Part shown: in pieces, positions 1 through 12,796 of the stretch | How positions within the stretch are numbered: the first letter of the stretch is position 1 | How the letters are laid out: each line of letters opens with the position of its first letter | NCBI GenBank assembly: GCA_044892505.1 | Contig: CM097883.1 | Coordinates: 314,650,001 to 314,714,000 of the forward strand | Length of the DNA: 64,000 bases | Origin: Schmidtea nova | Lineage: Eukaryota | Reading direction: 5' to 3' | The notes under the pieces: model-generated | The model's database searches: none | Told to the model about the DNA's origin: nothing | What the model saw: only the letters and a program-made list of their open reading frames with translations | Position numbers and translations under genes: made by a program

Positions 1-119
1 ACGCTATTGATGTGGTTTGTTGAAATATAACATATTTTTACGTTATTTGTGTTATTTACTGAAATACCACTTAATTTAACCTTATTGTTATGATTTATTG
101 AAAACTACTTATCTCAACA

Positions 120-620
120 CTATTGATGTTATTGACTGCGACCCAGCTTATTACGTCCACTTTGATGTTGTTCACGGCCATTCGACATATCTTTCTTATT
201 TTGATGTTAATCATTGTCTTACAACACATTTTTAACTATTCCGGAGTTATTCATTGTCCTATAGCATATTTACCCTATTTTGATGTTATTCACTGTCATA
301 TTACGCATATTAAATATTTTGATATTATTCATTGTCACATTTTACCTATTTTTATGTTATTCATCGTCATATCAACTATTTTATCTATTTTGATGTTATT
401 CATTGTCACATAACCTATTTTATCTATTGTGATATTAATCATTGTACTACTATTTATTTTACAGAATTTGCTGTTATTCAATGCAATCTAACCATCCGTT
501 TTTAGGTGTAATTCAATGTCCGCTTGTTCTACCATTACTTTAGGTGCTATTCACTGTAATACGACTCATCCTACCGAATTCGACGCTATTCATTGCCATA
601 CAGCTCTTAATATTTGTTTT
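120..620. repeat. Degenerate ~39-40 bp minisatellite (core gatgttattcattgtca)
   Basis: Core recurs at ~163, 203, 243, 282, 322, 353, 392, 431, 470, 505, 543 and 582. ORFs 123..413 and 516..728 are by-products of this repeat. Confidence 0.8.
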
Positions 621-759
621 GTACTGAATTTTACTGCTAACTTATTCAACTATCAATCTGAATGCCATTCATTGTCCTTACGATGCTATCACTTGCCTAT
701 TATAATTTTTTACCTTTATAATTTTTGAATTCAATGAGTTTCGATTTTAATAAATCAAT

Positions 760-925
760 AATTATTCACATCTTCGGTCATGATCTAAATGATTATATTG
801 ATTGTTGAGCATCTGTTTTAACGAATTTCATAAATTCTATTTCTATTTGGCTTACAAGATCTGATGAGATAAAAGGTTGTTTATGAGAGCGAAGGCGAAT
901 AACGAGCTGTGTGTTTTATGCTAAT
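760..925 (+). repeat. Dispersed repeat, second copy at ~14185-14350 in the same orientation
   Basis: Shared blocks attattcac.tcttcggtc.tgatctaaat and gcgaaggcgaataacgagctgtgtgttttat.ctaa. Confidence 0.75.
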
Positions 926-929
926 GTTG

Positions 930-1600
930 GGCCAAAACTGCAAATTATTTGAATGAAGTGATAACCCCACAAGTAGAGAGCTCGCAAAATTCTACTTTAA
1001 TCAAAAACATCAATTAAAACCCAAGTAGTTGAGCAAAAACACGCCCAAAATTTAAGGTGGACAAAAGCACATTAATAGGTAGAGAACGCGCAGGAGTCTA
1101 ATTCAAAGTCCTTTAACCAAAACATCAAGTAAAAACCAAAAGTGATTAAAAAAAGCACGACTAAATAGCTATAATAGTCAAAAAACACATCGAAAATGCA
1201 CGTAGAGAACGCATTCATGATATAAAACCTCAGTGGTGGAGATTTGGCGTATTTTCAGAAGGAGGATTAAGATTTTATCTTAAAAAGTCATAAAAAATAA
1301 AAGATAAACAATTTTATTCGAAAATGTAACAAATTTAGTCAAATTTGAATAAATTCAATTCAAAAATGGAATTTTGGATCGAAAATAAATTATTTAAAAT
1401 TTTATGAGAATTTTATGTAAAATTATTAATTTGGTTTTGCGGAAAATTGTTGAAATTAATTTCGAGAAAATTAGAAACTCCTTCTAGAACAATTTGTTTT
1501 AATACACCACTGAAAATAATAGGCGAAGACAACTATATATACCGCCATCAAAATGGATTTCGTCACTTCTTATACTTATTTTTCGACAGAATTTTGCTAC
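930..1600 (+). repeat. Dispersed repeat with ~110-bp internal subrepeats; inverted copy at ~15030-15730
   Basis: agaaactccttctagaacaatttg (~1475) is the reverse complement of gatcgttctagaaggagtttct (~15160). Subrepeats (a/g)tagaga.c.cgca occur at ~975, 1080 and 1200. Confidence 0.65.
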
Positions 1601-2161
1601 TGCCATTTTGAAATTTTCCTTACAAGGCAGACCCTACAAATTGTTCAGAACGACAAAGAAACTCTGCCAGAATTTTTCCTCAAGAATTTCCAAAAATAAA
1701 AATTTTTGAAATATTATAGAAGTGCTTAACTGCCAACCGGGAGAGCCGTGCAAGAAAATCCACTGATAATCCGCATACAGTTTGGTAACCGAATTTGAAT
1801 CTCTCATTAGAGGAAAGATTCCGAAGGGAAAATAAAAAGAATTTGCATATTGCCAACTGAACCCTCAAAGAGAATTTTGCAGTTGCCATACCAAAACTTC
1901 ACAACAGGCGAAATCCCAAAAAGTTTTTTAAGGAAAACTCGGACTAGTAAATTAGGTATTTTACTTTTTGATTATTATAATCGATAAATAATTTTTTTTG
2001 GGTTGTTGGTGATGCCCCACAACCCCTGTATTATGTAATTTTGGGGTTATTATGATTTCTATAGGTCTTTTTATCATTTATGCCATGTGAGGATGTTGAG
2101 TTTAATTCAGGAAATTACATATTTGATATTTTATGCTAGTTATTTCTTTTTATTTTGATTA

Positions 2162-2277
2162 AGTAATGTAATGATTATTAAAAAACAAGGTTGTTTAAAT
2201 AATCAACTAGAACGAGTTGTTTTTAAAATAAATATTATTACTATTATTTCTTGATGTCTGATATTAAGATAGTTACT
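2162..2277 (+). repeat. 5' LTR (116 bp)
   Basis: Direct repeat of 6557-6672, followed by the PBS. Confidence 0.93.
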
Positions 2278-3450
2278 GGCGACCACGCCGAAATTAACGC
2301 AGTTAAAACACGTAGCCAAGATAAGAAATCTGCAAGAGATGTTTTACCAAAGAAGGCTCAAGAAATCTTAGACATTGAAATTCGTAGATACGATGGAAGA
2401 TGCGCTAAGGAAGCAGAAAAATGGATTAAAGCGATCGATGATTGGATTATAAGAAATGATCTAAAACGGACGGAAGCTTTTGATTTGCTGTTATCTGAAG
2501 AAGCGTCAATCTTGTGGAAGAATTTCAAAACCGAAGACACATCAGAGGATGATGCTAGAGAATGGTTTATAGAAACATTCACTATAAAAAAGTCAATATT
2601 AGATAAAATCAAGGATCTTGCAACCATCAGACAAGATGACAACGAACGTTTTGCTACTGTCGAGATTCGAGTTCTCAAAATCGTGGAAGAAGTTTTATAT
2701 TCAGGATTGTCAAAGAAAGAAATCGTAAGTGAGATTATTATGCACAGAGTGAGAGATAAAAGATTAAAAGAGGTACTTACGACGAAACCTAAGATGGATC
2801 ACAAAGAGAGAAATGATTTAGCAAAAATTTATGAGAAAACAGAGGACAGATCTGAAGAAATTTTGGCAGTGAAGCCAATGTCGTATGCGGAAAAATTCAA
2901 AGAAGGTCTAAGGAATCGAGAGGAATTGGAGAGAGGAAAGCAAAGACCATATATACGAAAAGAACCCAGAAGTTCCGAAAACAAAGTAGAATACGGAAGA
3001 TAAGAACAACCAGAGTCCCAAAGATGGAAAGGACAGCAGACGGGTGAAAAGAAGATGCCAACTGTATCTCTGAAACATATAGCCAAACGGTTATACAACA
3101 GACATATGGGGTTACCAGAACCAAGGCCATGCGAACTCAAATCAGGTCAATGTTTTTGTTGCGGAGAAGAAGGACATAGGCGTTTTGAATGCCCTTTAAA
3201 GGATAATTGTTTGATTTGCGGGAAGAACGGACACAATTTTAGAAATTGTAACCTTCTGAATGGACGACGAGGTTACAATACCAACGTCAAGAAGATATCA
3301 TGTATACACGAAGAAACGGAGGATCAGCAGATAAATAGTTATGATTTTAGAGATGAATACGGAAGTGAGTGTCAACCACATGAAGTAGAAGTAAGAAAAA
3401 ATGCCAACGATCCCATCGCACACATTTCGTCAATGGGATCGCAGATATAA
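2254..3450 (+). pseudogene. gag: Gypsy gag with two CCHC zinc knuckles, interrupted by an in-frame TAA at 3001
   Basis: ORFs 2251..3003 and 3055..3450 are in the same frame. Knuckles CFCCGEEGHRRFEC and CLICGKNGHNFRNC. Confidence 0.85.
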
Positions 3451-6400
3451 ATGAAGAAAATCGAAATGACAGGAGAAGAAGCATGAAGTATCAGTTGAGC
3501 GATTAAAGAGAATGGAGTAAGATGGTTATTAATACGGTTGAAGTAGAAATGTTATGGGATTCGGGGGCATCAATATCAGTGATGAATGAAGAAACATGGA
3601 TAAACATCGGAAGACCGAGGTTAGATGCAAACGATTTGATGATTTGTGGCGTTTTTCACGGAAGTAAAAGACCACTGGGACGTACAATGGTAGAGACGAA
3701 ATGGAACCAAAAACAGAGGAACATATGTATTGTTGTTATGAGGGATATTCGACCAGGATTTATTGGTGGAGTAGATACAATGAAAGCGTTCGGCATACAA
3801 CTGGTGGAAGTGAAAAGTATTGAAGACAATGAGATCAAGACAAACATCAACGACAAAGACCGACTATTAAAAGCGAAAACAGACTTGCTGAAAGAGGAAA
3901 ATACCGAGCTCGAGAAATTAATCACGGATTTCGCTTCAATATTTATGGCAACCAAATTCGATTTAGGATATACCACGACGGTAGAACATAAAATTAAAAC
4001 GACTGGTAATCCTGTGATGCAATATCCACGATGACAACCGATGCATCTGGAACAGAAGGTAGATGAATTAATACAAAATTTAGTAGTAGCAAGGGTGATC
4101 AGGCGATGTCAGAGTCCATGGAACGCACCATTAGTCATAGTAGGAAAAAAAGATGGATCGATCAGAATGTGTGCGGATTATCGGAGTCTAAATAGTCTGA
4201 CAGAGAAGGAATCTTTTCCGATGCCGAATATCACACAGCTACTGGATTGCTTGGCCGGAGCGAAGTTTTTCTCATCATTGGATCTGGGTCAAGCATATTA
4301 TCAAGTGGCATTGGCAGCAGAGTCACAGGAGAAAACCGCGTTTAGTACGAAAAGCGGGCAGTTCTGTTTTGAGCGATTACCGTTCGGATTGACAACAGCT
4401 CCAGCTACATTTCAGAGATTCATGAATACTATGTTAGAAGGTATTCTTTTTAATGGGGCGGTGGTATATTTAGATGACATCCTCATTTACGGGAAGGATA
4501 ACTCGGAACATGACAGCCGGCTAAAAGAAGTTTTTGAAAGAATCAGAGGAAGATAAATTCGGAGAAATGTAAGATCTACAAGGATAAGTTAATATTTTTA
4601 GGGCATACCGTGAGTGAGTTCGGTATTCAAACTAACGAAGAAAAGATACGGGTGATTAGGGAAGCTACAAGACCAAATTGTGCGAAACAACTGCGCTCAT
4701 TTTTGGGACTGACGAATTATTATCGAAGATTTGTCAAAGATTATGCGCGTCTGGCAGCACCACTATATGCAGCAACAACGGGGTGTGATAAGACCTTACA
4801 ATGGTCTCAAAAATGTGAAACAGGTTTCGAGAATTTAAAAGAAGCCCTGATGAAAACACCTATACTGGATTATCCTAGGATGGACAGGGTATTTGTCTTA
4901 GATACATATGCTTGTTTTGAAGCGGTAGGTGCCGTTCTTAGTCAAATCACAGAGGAAGGTAAAGAAGTAGTAATTGCGTATGGGTCGAGACATCTCACAG
5001 CACACGAAAAAAGGTATTGTGTGACCAGAAAGGAGTTGCTGGCATTACATGAGTATGTTACTTATTTTCGTCAATACTTATATGGAAAGGAGTTCATAGC
5101 GAGAACCGACCACAAGGCGCTGGTATTTATGAATACGACAAAGAAAGCGATAAGTCCACAATTCCAGGCATAGATGGTGAACTTATCAGAATATAATTTT
5201 AAATTGCAGTATCGGAAAGGAGTAGAACATGGGAATGCCGATGGATTGTCGAGAATTGGAGGAATGTTGTGCGCACAATAACAAACACAACACGAAGAGC
5301 CAAAGAAGGAAAGAGCTAGGGTACGATATATTAATTCGATACAAAAAACTGGCACCATGATGAAAATTATGGAATAACAAAAGAAGGACAAGGGGTTTCA
5401 AGGAGCATGGAATTATATCAATGAATTTTTGAATGAGGAAGAAGATTTTTTCAAGAAATCTTTCCTATATGCTCACAAAGACAGATTGAAGATCAACGAT
5501 GACCTTATTACCGTAGAGAGAGAATTCAATGATTTAGTAGCAGTTCCAGAGAGCCATCAAAAACAACTGGTTAAGAAGATTCATGAAGAATTATGTCATG
5601 TGGAGGGAAAAAAAGTTTTTCATTACATGGAAAATAGTTTTTTCTAGCCAAAAATGTGGGAAACAGTAAGACACGTTGTAAAAGAATGTAGTATATGTGC
5701 GAGAAGGAAAATAGATCAAGGGAGAACGAAAGAACTTTTTATTCCACGCGGAAGTAACGGGTTTCTGGAACAAATCGTAGTTGATATAGCACACATGGAA
5801 AAGACAAGGTACAGAAAGAGATATGTGGTTGTCATAATAGATCGGTTCAGTAAATTAGTATGCCTAACTGCGACAGAGAAGCAAGACGAAATGACGATAT
5901 TCCGGATTATACTTCATAATTGGATTTATAAATATGGAAAGCCAGAAAGTATTCTTTCAGACAGAGGAAAAAATTTTGAAGGCAGATATATGAAAGAGAA
6001 ATTCGAAGTTTTAGGGATTCGTCAAGAATTCTCAGCACCATATCAACATCAATCAAATGGATTGGTAGAAAGAGTAATTCGCACGATGAGAGATCTACTG
6101 GTGACTTCAATTCTTAGTAACAACAGGCGATATGAATGGTGCGAGCTACTTCCAAGGGTGGAATTCAGCATCAATGCGACGTTTCAAAGCGCAACTAAAT
6201 ATTCTCCATTTGAGATTGTGTATGGACGGAAAGTGTCACTTCATGCCAATGGACAAGGATCAGAAATCAAAGGCCAAAGAGTTGACGAGAAAGTGGTTCA
6301 GAATGCTAAGTTAGCGGCGGATAGAATGAGAAATTTAGAAAAAGATCGAAGAGGTAAACGTTCTTTTGAAGTGGGGGAGGAAGTATTGGTTCGACGGGAG

Positions 6401-6547
6401 CCACACAGAAAGAATAAGAATGACATACAATACGATGGACCATATAAGATTGTTAGATTTTTGTCGGAACACCAGGTCGAACTACAATTTCCGGATGCTA
6501 GACGACCGAGAAGGATAGAATGACTGAAGAGATGGCATCAAAGTTGA
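3384..6547 (+). pseudogene. pol: Gypsy pol (protease, RT, RNase H, integrase) with multiple stops and one frameshift
   Basis: LWDSGA protease, YLDD RT, RNase H (DTYAC...AYGSR), HEELCH/CSIC zinc finger and D,D,E integrase. Stops at 3504, 4032, 5171, 5279, 5375, 5645 and 6521; frameshift near 4550. Possible -1 slippery site A AAA AAT at ~3395. Confidence 0.9.
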
Positions 6548-6556
6548 GGAGGGGAA

Positions 6557-6672
6557 AGTAATGTAATGATTATTAAAAAACAAGGTTGTTTAAATAATCA
6601 ACTAGAACGAGTTGTTTTTAAAATAAATATTATTACTATTATTTCTTTATGTCTGATATTAAGATAGTTACT
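6557..6672 (+). repeat. 3' LTR (116 bp)
   Basis: Preceded by the PPT and followed by TSD GATTA. Confidence 0.93.
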
Positions 6673-7029
6673 GATTATTTAAAAATTTTTGGGAAACAAA
6701 AATTTAGGATTTCTGGGAAAACCTGCACATTTTACCCATAGAGTATTAGTAAACTTAAATTATACTATTTGAATCGATTAATATTATTCATCATATTATG
6801 AAATTTTTTTTATAATGACCCTTCCATACGTCTGATGGTGGTCCACCTAGCAGTTGTACCGAGATTAGTCGCTTTGGTGAATCATTAGTTCACTGGAGTC
6901 CTTTCAGCGTTCTGATCCATATTTTCATCGAAGTGGGTGCAAACACCCAATCTCGCTTCATCTCATACTTAAAATTCTAAAATCCATGATTTATTTCATG
7001 AAAATCAGCTCAAATTAACCCCCCAAATC

Positions 7030-7400
7030 CTCTTTGCAAATCACAACATCCATTTCATTCATTAGTAACATTCATATATAATACTATATAAAAATCCATT
7101 CATTTCTCAACACATCCACTACATTGTTTCAATCATTAACATCTACCAGCATCAAACACCCATAAAATACACACCGAAAATTCATTTGATAACATGTGTC
7201 TGCATCATACATCCAGAAAATCTTCACAAGCACTCACACTATCACACTTGTTATTCAAATCGCCTATTGTATTAGTTACATCTCACACATAAAATTACAC
7301 AAAATCACAGACAAATTCAGTCACTATATCTCACCGAACCACAACAAGATACGACATCCTATATATAGGAATTTTAGTAAAAATATACGTGTTTATTCTT
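7030..7400 (+). repeat. Dispersed repeat; inverted copy at ~13130-13500
   Basis: tgcaaatcacaacatccatttcattcattagtaacat (~7036) matches the reverse complement of ~13450-13490, and similarity continues along both copies. Confidence 0.7.
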
Positions 7401-8335
7401 AAATCTCATCCAAAATTCTCATTCTTTACGCTACATGCAAATTTTGTACTTTCAAGTTCAACCCTATTTTTCATGTTAAAGTACTCTATTCCGAAAAATG
7501 TCTGTTATTCTATTTATAAAATAATACCAGTTAAAATTAAATAAGTAACTATGAACAACAATGTTTATTTTACTATCATAAAAATAATCAACATTTTCCA
7601 GGGAACATAAGTTCAAAACAATATTTATTTTATAAAGTAAATCAACATTGTTTATTAGTCAATGTTTGAGCGATTCCCCAAGGAAGTTGACTGTCCGATG
7701 AGTTGACAAGAGGTTTCCAAAATCCCACTCAATTTGTGTCGAATTATGAAATAACCGTTGGGATAATATCAAATCCTAATACATGATGATCTTGTCCATT
7801 TGCATGATCACGACTCTGTATTATAGTAGATAACATCTTCAACATCTGATGAGTTTCTAGAAAAATTTCAGAATCTTTCGCGACATATAGTTTGAGAAGT
7901 AAACGATGCTTTTCTAAGTTATATCCAATTAGGAGGATATTGGCATAATCTTTGAACAATTCATTTAAATATATTCCAATAGAAAGCAATAGCTGATGCT
8001 TAGTAGGACGATCGCAAAGATTTATTAGTTCGATTATTTCTTTCAAAGTGGATAACTCCATTAACAAGCCAGGATTGTCATCATATTGTGGGAATTATTT
8101 TGAATTCATTGATTCTAGCTTTCGTGTTCAGATGCTATGAAAGTAATAAATTTCAGATTATCGATTTTAATTAATAAATTTACTTATTTTTGCCAATAAA
8201 TGAGCTTTCATAGAGAAATGGAGCAGCATTCAAATTTCCTAAAGGTTAAATAAAAGTTTAAACAAATGAAATGTTAATAGAAATTTAAATCAAAAAAATT
8301 ATTTAAAGATAAAAAAATGTAAAAAACCTAAAGTA

Positions 8336-9647
8336 CGTGGTGCGCCCAATAAGTCATGAGACTAAAATAGAAAGACTCAAGGTATCAACACAAAACTTTG
8401 TATTTAGAACAAGCATGGTAAATAGGCATCATTTCTCAAAATAATTTCCTTATGCAGTGACACAATTTCCCCAGCAAATAACGAGATTTTCGAAGGCGTT
8501 TTTAAGGAATTCTGGAGGCTTTTCTCCCAGAAAACTCTCCACGGCTGCTCTCAAATCATGTTTGTTGGCAAACCCCTGGCCCCGCAGATGCTTCTTAAGA
8601 TGGTTAAACAGGAAAAAATCGGAGGGAGCCAAATCGGGGCTGTATGGTGGATGGGGAAGCAAATTGAGCCCGCAACGCTCAATTTTGGCCATGGAAACGC
8701 TGCTGGTGTGGATGGGTGCATTATCGTGTAAAAAATAGAGATCACACACTCTGCTCTTGCGTCGTGCCTTCCTTGCTTGCTGCACGATGTTGGAGTAGTA
8801 AGAACTATTGATCTTCACGCCAGATTCAGCAAAGTCAGTCAGAATAATGCCATTGGCGTCCCAAAACACCGTCAGCATGATAGCCTTTCGGTGGCAAGTT
8901 GAGGACCGCATTTTCAGTGAGCTGCTTTCTCCTGGCAGTTTCCAATCTTGAGAGTCTCTTTTAGATTCGGGGACATAAAGGGACAACGGTGTCTCGTCCA
9001 CAGTGATGATATTATCAATGAAACGGTCTCCAACATTGGTCCTGATCTGCAGATTCTCCAAGCAGCATTCCAAGCGTCGTTGTCGCATTTCCACCATTAA
9101 GAAGCGTGGCACAAAACGGGAACATAGTTTTCGAATACCACTTTCAGTGAGGAGAGTATGCACAGTGCCTTTGCTTACATTTAGACGGGTTGTGAGCTCT
9201 CTCGTCGTTATTTTTCTCTCGTTTTGCACGATTGTATGCAGCTTTTGCGTTATTTTTTCAATCAATTTCTGAGGGTCTTCCAGATCTTTCTTCGTCCAGC
9301 ACGGAGGTTCTACTACTCTGAAAGTAATTGAACCAACAATAAATTGTTGCTGTGGATGGGCACTCTTGTTGGTAAACAGCTTTCAGTTCAGAAAGAACCT
9401 CTTCTCTGTTTTTTTCCTTTCAGAAAGAGAAAGCGAATAACGCTATGGTATTGAATAGTTTCCAGAGGCATTTTTCGAATGTTCGCAAAAATATACTTAA
9501 ACAATAATGGGTTATTAAAACAAAATACATTTTCTGTACCTATATATATATATATATATATATATTTTGAAGTTTAAATATGTCTGTATCAACTTTTTTA
9601 CTATTAGTATTTCTATATTAGTCTCACGACTTATTGGGCGCACCACG
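8336..9647 (-). mobile_element. Mariner (Tc1/mariner, DD34D) DNA transposon, 1312 bp
   Basis: TIR cgtggtgcgcccaataagtcatgagactaa versus ttagtctcacgacttattgggcgcaccacg. TA TSD at 8334-8335 and 9648-9649. Confidence 0.95.
8429..9471 (-). pseudogene. Mariner transposase (frameshift ~9270, premature stop 8450)
   Basis: The N-terminal part MPLETIQYHSVIRFLFLKG...RSGRP is in a different frame from the catalytic part TVDET / LHDNAPIH / YSPDLAPSDF. VTA*GNYFEK shows a late nonsense codon. Confidence 0.9.
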
Positions 9648-9899
9648 TAGAAATAAAATTATTTTCGTAAATTAAAAATTAATGTTTTTATTTTATTTTA
9701 TTTTAAATGTGGAATAAAATTTTATTTTAGAATGCTTTAAATTAACAATTACCGTAAATTGCAAAATTAGTAATATTTAATGTTTTGTTAGTGTTTTTAA
9801 TGCTCGGAATGATTTATTTGGATGCAATGATAAATTTATAGTTACGTATAATATTTATGTTGAATTGCCGATAAAATTTTGTTGAATGCTTATAGATAA

Positions 9900-10950
9900 A
9901 TCATTGAAGAAGGGACAAAATGGTTCAGCAGTGGATTTCAAACGGTTGGTTGCAAGAATATCATGGGCCAAATGACGTAGTCACCCCTTTGTTAGCAGTT
10001 GAACAAGTCAATAAAGGAAAAATTCGGCCAGTAATAAATTTCCTAGAGCTAAACAAGTGGGTCAAATGTCACACAGGAGATAGAGACGTAGAGACGATGC
10101 GTAGATGGCGTCGAATGGGTGAAAAAGTAGTTCTTCTTGATTTACGAAATGCTTACTTGCAGATTCACATTGAAAAGAACCTGTGGCATTAATCGAACAC
10201 TTTACTTAGCCAAGAAGTATGATCCAATGATTAGCTATAATATGGTTAAGGAAGTTATCGATCCATGTAATAAAAGTAAGATGTTTGATTCAGCCACCAA
10301 AACCTGGGAGAAATGTACATTGAACGTGAATGAAGAATGGACTCGAATGACTCATATGAACTCTGATCTTTTTCTTTCAATTGTAGATTTCGGGCCTAGC
10401 AAATTTTGCATCTGGAAGAAAGCCTCTAATGATGATTCGGTTTCTATTATCAATGCACTGGATACTATGCTTCTGGAAAAGGGTTCAATGAAAGAAATTC
10501 TGGCGGATAACGGGACGAACTTTCAATCTGCAGAGTTCAAACTATTTGCAAATTTGTGATATGTAAATCTAAAATATCGCACAGACCCGAATGTAATGGC
10601 ATTGCAGAAAGAAACCACAGAATTATCAAGTGGATAGTTGCGATATCAGACTGTGACCTGCTAAGAGCAGTCTTCTTTTAAATATCACTCCTCATTTAGG
10701 CTTGGACGATAATACAGTACCTACAAAGATACATCTTGGTCAAACGTTATGGTGCTCGAAGTTTCTGGGAAGCAAAGACAAATTTGATAGCCAAGAACGA
10801 GAAGAGAGTGCCGGCCACCAGAACGAATGAAAGACTATGAAATTGATCCTAAGATCACGGGGGCATGTAATGATGTAGGTTCTTGTGCATCATGACTTAT
10901 TACATCATAGGTTAATTGCAACGTAATATTTCAATAAATATTACGTTGCA
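9900..10950 (+). mobile_element. Highly deleted LTR-retrotransposon relic (RT and integrase fragments)
   Basis: KIRPVINFLELN and LLDLRNAYLQI are RT motifs; ILADNGTNF is an integrase motif. ggggca followed by TGTAATG at ~10866 may be a PPT/LTR start. Confidence 0.7.
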
Positions 10951-11037
10951 GTTCTTCTTTAAACTATAAATAATTGTGCGTGAAATAAATCCCATGATTC
11001 TTCCATTTGTCTTTTAGTAATGGATGCACACTATAAC

Positions 11038-11079
<42 letters not shown>

Positions 11080-11219
11080 TGCGAAAACAATCCCTTAACC
11101 ACTACATTGAGCGTTTATAATGATACAGGGTTTTGTGTTTTGTGTATATTAAATTTTATTTAAAATACTGAATGATATTTTCTATGTGAATGATAATAAA
11201 AAAGAAAAGATTTTGTAAC

Positions 11220-11490
11220 ACTTTTTCCAATCATTACTGTTAGCTGCAATAAAATTGTCAGCTTCAGATTTATTTGAAATATCAGAAGTCATTCATTTAA
11301 AAAAAAATCTATTTAATCAAAAAAATTGTTTAAACATCTTTACATTATTTAAACAAATAATTTTGTTCTCAAGACAAATCGATATTTTCAAATTTTTATA
11401 TTTTTACATTTTTAGTTTAAATATCATATTGAAATATTTTAATATTCATAAATTATTTTATAATTTAAATGAATATTTTAAAATTTTAAA
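11220..11490 (+). repeat. Dispersed repeat; inverted copy at ~48200-48500
   Basis: gttagctgcaataaaatt.tcagcttcagatttatttgaaatatcagaagt is present in both copies, in opposite orientation. Confidence 0.75.
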
Positions 11491-12419
11491 ATAAAGATAG
11501 TCTTTAAAAACGTATCCTCTCACAATTACTAAATGTGAAATATGATTTGAAAGAATTTGATTATATACCAAATAATATTTCATGTCCAAAATATTGACCA
11601 AATCAAGATTCACATGAATGTGCCTATTAAAACTGGTTATTTTTGAGATATGGATTATTTAGAGAATTAAAAAATTTAATATTCTTATATTAGTTTATTA
11701 TGATTATTATAAACAAGTATTTTTGATGATGATTTAATAAGTAATTGAAAATTTTATACTTAAGTATATCACATTTATGTAAGTGTGTATAATTGAATAT
11801 ATTAATAGCTAAATTAAATTGAATAAATATTTCTTGGAATCTCACACTTTTATGAATATTTTTCATCCTTAAAAAATATTTAATTATGGTGGGTTGTTGA
11901 TCGTCAATATGACCTTGACGTTGGTATGACTCACATCAACAACTCAACACATAAAACATTAGATTAACCATCTTGTTGCCCGTCACGATGTAACGTTGGT
12001 AATGCAACAAATGGGTGGGTATTCGCAATCAGTGAGCATCGAAAATTTAAAACTATGAGTGACAGAATATCTCCTGGGTCCAGGGGCTACCGATAGAAGG
12101 TTTATTGCCCATTTTTGTCCCTTCCTCAATGATTTATCTATAAGCCTTCAACAAAATTTTATCGGCGTTTCAACATAAATAATCTACGTAACTATAAATT
12201 TATCATTGCATCCAAATAAATTATTCCGAGCATCAAAAACACTAACATAACCTTAAATTTTTTGAACATCGAAACCAATGATAATTAACAAATAAAAATT
12301 CTCTAAAATAATTCTTGAATCTATATTTGAAATTTTAAGACCTCAATTTTCATTCTATGCACGAAAATTTTATTGATAAATTAAATCAAAGAAAAATTCT
12401 TTTGTTTAAAATCATTAAT

Positions 12420-12796
12420 ATGCATCCTCAAGGAAAAAGCAAAATTCAAAAATTATCAAGAGTAAGTTAAATAACATGAATTATGTTATTCTAAAACCAA
12501 TTTAACGTTTAGGCAAACAACAGCCCAGAACTGTCGGGGAACGTGGTAACAGATGCGGAACCTCTCATCGAAAATGAGCCAAAAGAAACTGGAATCCCAT
12601 CCCATGCTAAGCACAACTGCCAATTCTATCGAAAAGTTAGTATTTATAATTATTTAAGAATTATCATTTATCTAATTTATTTTAAATTCAGAAACTCGGA
12701 AGAGAAAATGCGCTTAGACCCGACATTGCAAAGGCCGGTTTAGACTATCCTGTGAATCACTTTCCACTCATGGATTCATTGTTTAAAAAAAAATAA
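12420..12796 (+). CDS. Candidate small 3-exon gene (89 aa, unknown function)
   Basis: Exons 12420-12461, 12513-12635 and 12692-12796 are joined by 51- and 56-nt GT-AG introns, all phase 0, giving ATG to TAA without stops: MHPQGKSKIQKLSRANNSPEL...LDYPVNHFPLMDSLFKKK. Confidence 0.5.

Larger units (their letters stand above)
2162..6672 (+). mobile_element. Full-length, inactivated Ty3/Gypsy LTR retrotransposon
   Basis: 116-bp LTRs at 2162-2277 and 6557-6672 differ at 1 position and have AGTAA...TTACT termini. 5-bp TSD GATTA (2157-2161 and 6673-6677), PBS tggcgaccacgc at 2277, PPT gaggaggggaa at 6546-6556. Domain order gag-PR-RT-RH-IN. Confidence 0.95.

Noticed and set aside
120-620. CRISPR-like regular repeat
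   Set aside because: Units are degenerate and tandem with no unique spacers, there are no cas genes, and the context is eukaryotic; it is a minisatellite.
855-915. CTGATGAG / CTGAGGAG in the dispersed repeat (also ~14290) as a hammerhead
   Set aside because: Stem II is poor, GAAA is not conserved in this copy, and the predicted cleavage base would be G.
1900-1950. Helitron 3' end at ggactagt (and the GC hairpin at ~14870-14905)
   Set aside because: No convincing subterminal hairpin plus CTAG pairing or matching 5' TC end could be established.
7744-8067. 107-aa minus-strand ORF
   Set aside because: Non-ATG start, an in-frame stop just upstream and no recognisable family; possibly a decayed fragment.
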